A stretch of DNA of 51,622 nt. Source: an uncultured Methanosarcinales archaeon (GTDB lineage Archaea; Nanobdellota; Nanobdellia; Woesearchaeales; CAYVYK01). Location of the stretch: assembly GCA_964455675.1 (NCBI GenBank), contig CAYVYK010000012.1:1-51622 (forward strand), in the 5' to 3' direction. Made by a program: the position numbers and the translations under genes. Below are positions 44,826-51,622 of this stretch, one piece after another; positions within the stretch are counted from its first letter, which is position 1, and each line of letters begins with the position of its first letter. Under the pieces are notes generated by a model. It was not told where the DNA came from, ran no database searches, and saw only the letters and a list, made by a program, of their open reading frames with translations.

Positions 44826-47056
44826 GACTCTTCTTTCTTCTCCTTGGCTTGATCTTTATTTGGTCCATTTGCGAGGGGGATCGTCTTCCTGCACTTTGGA
44901 TAACGACTGCATCCAAGGAAGCTACCGTACACGGACTTACGCAAAACCATCGTGCCCTCCTTACAAGCCTCGCAAGGTTTTCCCTCAAACTGGCTTGCCT
45001 CCTTCTTCTCTTCCTTACTCATCTTCTTACTCGCGCAATCCTTGTTAATGCAGATCTCCTGAGGTCGGCGCTTGCGAATGATAAGAGCCATAGGGTAATG
45101 GCATGACTCACAGACCTTGTCACTTACCTTAACCAACGCACCAGCAGGAAGAGAAATGGTCGTCTTGCAATCAGGATAACGATTGCACGCGGCAAACCTT
45201 CCAAACTTCCCCTTCCTTATCGTGAGCTCGCCTTGCTTACAGATAGGGCATTGCCCAAGCGTTGTGGTCTCCTTGATGAACGCCTTATTCGCCTCACCAA
45301 GTTCCGCACCAATATTCTTCTCCTTGCCCTTAAACTTCTGGATGATCTTCGTGATAACAACCTTTGCTTTCTCAAGAACCTCATCAGGAGTTGTCTTCTG
45401 CTCACTAATCCCTTCCATTGACTCTTCAAATTGCTTCGTTAATTCAACATCCGTCATCTCGGGGCAGTATTTTTCAAGAATCTCAAGGGTCTGCATACCA
45501 AGGTCTGTGGCTGTGATCGATTGGCCATCAATGTAGCCGCGATTGTACAAGGTGTCGATAATCTGAGCGCGAGTAGCCTTTGTTCCAAGATTCAATCGCT
45601 CGAGCTCCCGGATGATTGACGCAGGAGTATAACGCTTTGGAGGCTGGGTCTCCTTCTCATGTAAGATGATGTCGTTCACTTTGACTTTATCATTCTCCAC
45701 GACGGCAGGAAGAGTCTCTTCCTCCGCACCAACATACGGACCATAGTATTCCTGCCAACCCTGCTTCACCGTGCGCGTACCTTTTGCGATAAATAGCTCC
45801 TCACGAATATCAAGTGTTACGGTCATCGTCTCGCGAAGCGAACTTGTTGCCAACGTTGCAAGGAACCTTCGCACCACGAGATCGTAGATCTTCTGGAACC
45901 TTGGCTTCAAGGCCTTTGGCGCAATACCTGTCGGAAAGATAGCGGGATGCGCAGGATCGGTCTTTTTTCCGTCGTTAGGTTCAAGCTTTGACTCCTTGAG
46001 CAATTTTGCGACTAGCTCCTTGTATTCCATCTGATGCCCGAGCTGCTTCACTATTGCAGGAAGACCAAGCTCTTTTGGCAATTGCTGAGAACTCGTACGA
46101 GGGTAGGAGATGAATCCGCCAACATAGAGCTCCTGCGCGATCGCGAGCGTTTCTTTTGGATTAATCTTGAGCGTGCGGTACGCCTCGGTCTGTAATGTCG
46201 TCAAGTCAAACGGATTTGGAGGCGACTGCTCAAACTGTCTTCGCTCGACGGCAGAAACGCGCGCGTCCTTGGCCCCTTTTACCTTGGCAAATGCAGACTC
46301 TGCCTGCTCCTTAACCTGGAAACGATCCGCTGAATGCCAAGCCTCAAAATCCTGATTCTTCGCATTCGCGAGGAGCTGAATCTGCCAGTAGGGCTCTGGA
46401 ACAAACGCCTTAATCTCCTTCTCGCGGTCAACCACGATCTTCAGAGCAGGACCCTGCACGCGACCAGCACTCAGAATCTTGAACATGCCGCCGCCCTTCT
46501 TTATCGCGGATGTCAGAGCTCGAGAGGTATTGATACCATAGAACCAGTCAAGCTTATGCCTCGTTTCACCAGCATTTGCCTGACCCCAATCGAGATGCTT
46601 TGACTTGTGCTCATACGCCTTGACAAGATCTTGAGGCGTCAATGTCGAAAATTTCATACGGCCAGCATCTTTTTGATGGAACAGATGACGGATAACGTTT
46701 AAACCAATCACTTCACCTTCAATATCATAATCCGTCGCCACGGTAAATTCCTTCACACCCTTGCCAAGCTGGCGCAGAGTTGTCAGATACTTCTTTGCGT
46801 ACGCAGCATCCTTACTGATCTCAGACGTTGGCACCCATTCAATATCAAACACCGGAAAAGTCCAGCCTTTCTTCTCCTTTTCTGCAAGACCGTACAGGTG
46901 ACCTACGGCACTTGCGACAATGATTGGCTTTCCATGACGCTGGAAGGTGTAGTAGGAGACTTTATCCTTACTCTCCTTTTTCGCCTTACCTTCTGCAAGA
47001 GCTTCCGCAATCTTCTTTGCGGCATTTGGCTTCTCCGTTATGATCAGTTCAGTCAT
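44822..47056 (-). CDS. topA: DNA topoisomerase I (type IA)
   Basis: LIITEKP, GHL, ATDYDIEGE (TOPRIM), SAGRVQ, ISYPRT (catalytic Tyr), LGTKATR and C-terminal C4 zinc ribbons. Confidence 0.96.
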   Translation of the reverse strand: MTELIITEKPNAAKKIAEALAEGKAKKESKDKVSYYTFQRHGKPIIVASAVGHLYGLAEKEKKGWTFPVFDIEWVPTSEISKDAAYAKKYLTTLRQLGKGVKEFTVATDYDIEGEVIGLNVIRHLFHQKDAGRMKFSTLTPQDLVKAYEHKSKHLDWGQANAGETRHKLDWFYGINTSRALTSAIKKGGGMFKILSAGRVQGPALKIVVDREKEIKAFVPEPYWQIQLLANAKNQDFEAWHSADRFQVKEQAESAFAKVKGAKDARVSAVERRQFEQSPPNPFDLTTLQTEAYRTLKINPKETLAIAQELYVGGFISYPRTSSQQLPKELGLPAIVKQLGHQMEYKELVAKLLKESKLEPNDGKKTDPAHPAIFPTGIAPKALKPRFQKIYDLVVRRFLATLATSSLRETMTVTLDIREELFIAKGTRTVKQGWQEYYGPYVGAEEETLPAVVENDKVKVNDIILHEKETQPPKRYTPASIIRELERLNLGTKATRAQIIDTLYNRGYIDGQSITATDLGMQTLEILEKYCPEMTDVELTKQFEESMEGISEQKTTPDEVLEKAKVVITKIIQKFKGKEKNIGAELGEANKAFIKETTTLGQCPICKQGELTIRKGKFGRFAACNRYPDCKTTISLPAGALVKVSDKVCESCHYPMALIIRKRRPQEICINKDCASKKMSKEEKKEASQFEGKPCEACKEGTMVLRKSVYGSFLGCSRYPKCRKTIPLANGPNKDQAKEKKEES

Positions 47057-47158
47057 CAAGAGAAGAGGGCTCCTAGCCCCTTAAAATAGCTTTGCCTCGA
47101 GGACATGCAAAATGGAGCCCGAATTGACACCACTTGATAGTACTAATTTAACGAAAGA

Positions 47159-47271
47159 TTTATATACCAATTATACCACTCTTTAGTGAATACTTAGGTA
47201 TCGTCATTCCTATCCCAATCACCTCTTTTCCCAGCGGAATGCTTCGCAAGAAGCATTCCACTGGGTTTTTT
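47159..47271 (+). ncRNA. Candidate small RNA gene (span includes TATA; transcript about 47190-47271)
   Basis: CGAAAGA-TTTATATA promoter, no plus-strand ORF, TCACCTCTTTT anti-SD motif, 15-bp GCAA-tetraloop hairpin and a T6 tract. Confidence 0.5.
47230..47271 (+). terminator. Strong hairpin with T tract
   Basis: CCCAG-C-GGAATGCTTC-GCAA-GAAGCATTCC-A-CTGGG followed by TTTTTT. Confidence 0.65.
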
Positions 47272-47333
47272 CTCGGAAAACGTACGAAAAATTCCACAGA
47301 GAACATATAAGGAAGGTCGTCCTGGCACGTTCC

Positions 47334-48290
47334 ATGCGCCTTGTTTTCATCATCTTCATGATCCTCCTCGTCGGATGCGTCACTCAACAGCCGAGCGCAC
47401 CGATAATACCCACAGAACAGGGAGCACCAATCCAGACATTTTTTTGCCGGACAGACAATTGCACCAAGGCATTCATTACATTCATCTCAACACAAGACAG
47501 CGTGGACTGCGCGCTCTACAACCTCAACGACCCGCAGATCGTTTCGGCGCTTACGCTTGCGCACGCACGCGTTGTTATCGATGACAACCAGAGGATACCA
47601 CTCCCTGAGAATCTTAGCGTTCACCGGGATAACTCCAATCAACTCACCCATAACAAATTCTGCGTGAGCGACAGCGCTGTGATCGCTGGGTCCCTCAATC
47701 CAACCAGCACAGGCATAAAAAACGACGACAATAACCTCATCATCATCGCGTCCCAAGCACTAGCCGAAAACTACCAAGAAGAATTCAACGAACTCTGGAA
47801 TGGAACATTCGGCCGCGGAGAAAGAGTACGAAACCCAATTATCAAGTACAACAACGCAATCATCCAGAACTACTTCTGTCCCGAGGACGAATGCAAAGCG
47901 CAGGTTGTTCGCGAGCTTCGAGGCGCCAAATCAACTATCCGATTCATGCTGTATGACCTCACGGACAACGACATCGCACTCATGCTCGTGGAATCAACAA
48001 CAAGAGGCATAGACACTGAAGGGGTGCTTGAGAAACGCCGCATCACATCAGATCCCTCAAAATACACCACGCTCCATGACGCGGGGGTTGATGTACATAT
48101 TGATGGCAATAGCGGACTGCTCCATCACAAAGTTTTCATCATCGATAATGTTACCGTCATCACTGGATCATACAATCCGACACAAAGCGGAAACACACGA
48201 AATGATGAAAACCTCATCATCATCACCGACCCAGATGTAGCAGCGTCATATCTTTCAGAATATTCTCGAGTGCGAGATCAGTCAAAATAA
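47334..48290 (+). CDS. Phospholipase D / nuclease family lipoprotein (two HKD motifs)
   Basis: LLVGC lipobox; THNKFCVSD....GSLN and HHKVFIID....TGSYN......NDEN. Confidence 0.88.
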   Translation: MRLVFIIFMILLVGCVTQQPSAPIIPTEQGAPIQTFFCRTDNCTKAFITFISTQDSVDCALYNLNDPQIVSALTLAHARVVIDDNQRIPLPENLSVHRDNSNQLTHNKFCVSDSAVIAGSLNPTSTGIKNDDNNLIIIASQALAENYQEEFNELWNGTFGRGERVRNPIIKYNNAIIQNYFCPEDECKAQVVRELRGAKSTIRFMLYDLTDNDIALMLVESTTRGIDTEGVLEKRRITSDPSKYTTLHDAGVDVHIDGNSGLLHHKVFIIDNVTVITGSYNPTQSGNTRNDENLIIITDPDVAASYLSEYSRVRDQSK

Positions 48291-48643
48291 CTTTTCCCAG
48301 CGGGGGACTCGTTCTTCGTCGCAAACTTCTGATACTCGGGATCATACACCTTCTGAATCTTGAACTTGCCAGAAGTTGAATGCCCATCCGTATGAATCGT
48401 CTGCTCAAGCACGAGCGCATGACCCCAATAGATCCACTTGCCATCAACAACCTCAACCAGGAACACACGGGTTGGAGCACGATGATAGAGCCGCTCGTCA
48501 TGCTTATGAAAAGAGAAAACCTTGCCTTCAAAATCCCGCGCATTGAACGGCTTTTCGCGATGAAGATCAAGATCTAGAACCTCGGGAAATCCCTGAGACT
48601 TCGTTATCGCAAGCGTGTCATTCAACTCGATAAGCGAACCCAT
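48278..48643 (-). CDS. Conserved-looking hypothetical protein
   Basis: 121-aa ORF (MGSLIELNDTLAIT..QGFP, GKWIYWG); TATA-like motif about 22 nt upstream. Confidence 0.7.
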   Translation of the reverse strand: MGSLIELNDTLAITKSQGFPEVLDLDLHREKPFNARDFEGKVFSFHKHDERLYHRAPTRVFLVEVVDGKWIYWGHALVLEQTIHTDGHSTSGKFKIQKVYDPEYQKFATKNESPAGKSYFD

Positions 48644-48765
48644 GCATTCAAGGAATACTCCAAATTATATAAACTACGATGGTGCAATTTTTAGCGGGAT
48701 ATTGAATACCTCGCGCGTACGATTCATACATAGAATATTTATAGCAAGAACCGCCGCCAGATCCC

Positions 48766-49443
48766 ATGCTGAAAGCGGAACTCCACATTCATACCTCGGA
48801 AGATCCTGAGGACACATACATCAACTACGGAGCGCGAGAACTCATCAACCATCTCGCGGACCGCGGATACGATGTTCTTGCGATCACGCTCCACAACGCG
48901 CAGTTCTTCCCACAAGAGATTGTCATGTACGCTCGAGACAGAGGCATACTCATGATCCCAGGAACAGAGCGACGCATCGAGGGAAAAGACGTCCTTTTGT
49001 ACAACTTTACCCCCGGAGAACTTGAGAAGATCTGCACACTTGGCGACATTCGCGACATCAAGCGCGACCGCCACCTCGTCATCGCACCGCATCCATTCTA
49101 CCCTGCAGGGTATTCACTAGGCAAAGAGCTCGCCCAAAATATTGACATCTTTGATGCAATCGAATATTGCCATTTCTACCGGAGGTGGCTCAATCCCAAC
49201 AGGAAAGCAATGCGCCTCGCAGCGCAGTACGGAAAGCCGATGATAGGAACAAGCGACGCTCACCGACTCTACCAAATCGGCCACACATTTACGGGGATTG
49301 ATGCCCGCAAAGATGCACACAGCGTTATCCAAGCGATAAAACAAGGCCATGTGCAGATATCCACGCATCCCCTTCCCATGCATCTTATGATGCACACACT
49401 CTTCTGGATGACGATCGGCAAAATGACCGGCCGCAATTATTGA
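48766..49443 (+). CDS. PHP-family metal-dependent phosphoesterase
   Basis: ELHIHT, AITLHN, PGTE, IAPHPFY, AIE and GTSDAH. Confidence 0.88.
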   Translation: MLKAELHIHTSEDPEDTYINYGARELINHLADRGYDVLAITLHNAQFFPQEIVMYARDRGILMIPGTERRIEGKDVLLYNFTPGELEKICTLGDIRDIKRDRHLVIAPHPFYPAGYSLGKELAQNIDIFDAIEYCHFYRRWLNPNRKAMRLAAQYGKPMIGTSDAHRLYQIGHTFTGIDARKDAHSVIQAIKQGHVQISTHPLPMHLMMHTLFWMTIGKMTGRNY

Positions 49444-49494
49444 TACACCATCTCGCCGGCACATTTAAATAACACAAAACTCAACAGTACACAC

Positions 49495-50118
49495 ATGCTA
49501 CCAGGGGATATGCCAGGACTTCGACACAAGTACAGCGGGACGATGATTGAGGAAGTCGCAGTCGACCACCGCGTCAAGTACCGCGACGTCATGAACCTCA
49601 AGCACCTCTACACTGTACTGCACGACTGGGTATGCGAAGAAGGCTGGGACTCAAGGTTCGATCCGGCGTTTCGCGAGACATTCTATCTCCATCGCTGGAC
49701 GCAAAACTCGGGAGAAGAACTTTGGATCTACTGGAGACTTGAGAAACAGCCCAACAAAAGCTCTTACTACAGCTACCACTTAGATATCGACTGGCACGTC
49801 GTTGGCCTGCGCGACTACGACCTTATCCAGGACGGCAAGAAATTCAAAGCCAACTACGGGGAAGTCGAGCTCAAGATATTCTCGAAAGTCGTCGCTGACT
49901 TCAAAGGAAAATGGGGCAAGGACAGCCTTGCGAAAAGCCTGCGCAAACTGTTCTTCCAAAGAACCATGCATGAGAAGATGCTCGAACACCGCCAGATCCT
50001 CTATGATGAGACATACAAAATGCTTGACGCTGTGAAAACATACTTTAGACTGCGAACATACAACCCTGAGCCGGAACTTGCCAAGTTCGGATGGGACAAG
50101 AACATGCAGCAGCTCTAA
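49495..50118 (+). CDS. Hypothetical protein, paralogue 1 of a tandem trio
   Basis: TATA TTTAAATA at 49464-49471; shares DG.K.....G.V and D....W/F motifs with the next two ORFs. Confidence 0.8.
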   Translation: MLPGDMPGLRHKYSGTMIEEVAVDHRVKYRDVMNLKHLYTVLHDWVCEEGWDSRFDPAFRETFYLHRWTQNSGEELWIYWRLEKQPNKSSYYSYHLDIDWHVVGLRDYDLIQDGKKFKANYGEVELKIFSKVVADFKGKWGKDSLAKSLRKLFFQRTMHEKMLEHRQILYDETYKMLDAVKTYFRLRTYNPEPELAKFGWDKNMQQL

Positions 50119-50154
50119 GCAAAGTTTAAATACGCAGTTTCTTGATAGTGACGC

Positions 50155-50706
50155 ATGGGTCGACAAATGGACTTAGGGCTAGCACAGCTGCCCGAACCAA
50201 TGATGACCACGATCAAGTTCACCGGGGTCTTTGACAATGATGGCCTTCTCAAGATGATCTACCAGTACCTCAAAGACAGCAACATGGAGGTCCACGAGCG
50301 GGCATACAAGCATAAAGTTCCAAACCCCCACGGGGAAGAGGACGAACTCTCCTGGTGGGCATGGAAGAACGTCAACTGGTACCTACGGACCGAGTACTGG
50401 ATGGAATTCCACACGTGGGGAGTCCATGACATTGAGGTCGTCAAAGACGGCAAGAAGGTCACGGCACAGGAAGGAAGAGTCGAAATACGCATCAGCTTCG
50501 CCATCGTCCGGGACTACGGCAACAGGTTCTCTGGGTCAAAATTCATGGAAGGACTCCAAAAGTTTTATGAACGGTTCATACTATTTCATTACCTGGACAA
50601 CATATACGAAGATCAGTTATACTACCACATGTTCAAATTGCAACGAGCAATCAAGGAGTACCTTGGCATGAGCACACCAACAAACGCAAGCGAGAGGAGA
50701 TGGTAA
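50155..50706 (+). CDS. Hypothetical protein, paralogue 2 of a tandem trio
   Basis: TATA TTTAAATA at 50125-50132; DIEVVKDGKKVTAQEGRVEI and IKEYLGM. Confidence 0.8.
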   Translation: MGRQMDLGLAQLPEPMMTTIKFTGVFDNDGLLKMIYQYLKDSNMEVHERAYKHKVPNPHGEEDELSWWAWKNVNWYLRTEYWMEFHTWGVHDIEVVKDGKKVTAQEGRVEIRISFAIVRDYGNRFSGSKFMEGLQKFYERFILFHYLDNIYEDQLYYHMFKLQRAIKEYLGMSTPTNASERRW

Positions 50707-51222
50707 ATGGCAGAGCGAGAGATTGTTGTTGACAAGCAACGGCTCAGCTATGAAGGGCTCTTTAACGTCCTTGACTTGTACAACCTCATCAACGAATGGC
50801 TCGAGGAAAAAGGATACGACAAGCGTGAGATCCAAAACTTCGAGAACGTCTCGCCACAGGGAAAATACATCGAACTCCTCATGCAGCCGTGGAAAAAGAT
50901 CACGGACTACGCGAAGATCGAGATACGGATGCGCATTATCATGTCGGAAGTCAAAGAAGTCGACATTGAAAAAGATGGAGCGCGCGTACGGCTCAACCAA
51001 GGAAAAGTCCAAATGGTATTTGATGCCATGCTCACGACGGACTATGAGAACAGGTGGGAAGGAAAGCCAGTGTATTTCCTCACGCGCGAACTCTTCAACA
51101 AGTATTTCTACAAGCCATTCCACGACTGGGACATCCACGTTGTCAAGGGAGACTACAACCAGTTGATATCGCTGATCAAATCGTATCTGAATTTGTACAG
51201 GTATCAAGGGCCGACGGCGTAA
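50707..51222 (+). CDS. Hypothetical protein, paralogue 3 of a tandem trio
   Basis: Abuts the previous stop (TAAATG); EVDIEKDGARVRLNQGKVQM, DYENRWE and IKSYLNL. Confidence 0.8.
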   Translation: MAEREIVVDKQRLSYEGLFNVLDLYNLINEWLEEKGYDKREIQNFENVSPQGKYIELLMQPWKKITDYAKIEIRMRIIMSEVKEVDIEKDGARVRLNQGKVQMVFDAMLTTDYENRWEGKPVYFLTRELFNKYFYKPFHDWDIHVVKGDYNQLISLIKSYLNLYRYQGPTA

Positions 51223-51297
51223 ATGAGATTATACGTTATCTAATACAGTACTGGGGCTTGACGGCAAGTACCATGCATAAAAAGAAATTCTGAAAAT

Positions 51298-51418
51298 AAT
51301 TGTTACGAGCCTTCGACGAGCCCTGTTCCCCGCTTGGCACGATCAGGGAACAGGGCGACTTCTGTTACGAGAAGTACAACCATGGAATGCATCGGTGCCA
51401 TCACACGGACGAATCCAT
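51298..51418 (-). repeat. Structured dispersed element, copy B (candidate ncRNA or MITE)
   Basis: 97/116 identical to copy A; stems GCCCTGTTCCC/GGGAACAGGGC, ACTTCT/AGAAGT and CATGGA/TCCATG. Confidence 0.8.
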
Positions 51419-51622
51419 GAGGGGCTCGGGAACTACTAACCTATCCAAACGGCAAGTGAACAGTTTTCCCCCGCCATGAAGATTTTTGTGTGAATAATAT
51501 ATCACAGAATCTGTTGAATGAGCACCAATATTTATAAACGACTCACCGATTATCCAGCGTAAAAGATGCCTCCGTAGCATACACAGCAATCAAAGATTGC
51601 TGGTCGCTACGTCGGCTACGCT

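Overview
This is a gene-dense chromosomal fragment from an archaeon, most likely DPANN (Woesearchaeota-like). Supporting signs are an intron-containing tRNA-Gly(TCC), TATA boxes about 25 nt before many apparently leaderless starts, GAGGTGA Shine-Dalgarno motifs, and archaeal-type RNase HII and TopA. Contents: (i) an operon of uncharacterised membrane and coiled-coil proteins; (ii) a divergent glycogen/alpha-glucan locus (two DUF5752-like genes, GH57, GT4, an Lrp-like regulator, GT3 glycogen synthase, a GalT-family enzyme, PEP synthase and a debranching enzyme); (iii) a surface-glycosylation region (several GT-C proteins, a UbiA-type phosphoribosyltransferase with a PHP phosphoesterase, a GT-C/deacetylase fusion, a processive GT2 and two AglB/STT3-like proteins); (iv) housekeeping genes (rnhB, smc, serS, topA); (v) a stand-alone FabF, a PLD lipoprotein and three tandem paralogues of unknown function. 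The best non-coding signals are three copies of a structured intergenic element with a compensatory base-pair change (38516, 43781, 51298), a candidate anti-Shine-Dalgarno small RNA with its own promoter and terminator-like hairpin (47159-47271), a 36-nt dispersed repeat (13441/17271), and palindromic operators near the glycogen genes. I found no CRISPR array, transposase, integrase or reverse transcriptase. All calls are by eye from motifs, with no database searches.
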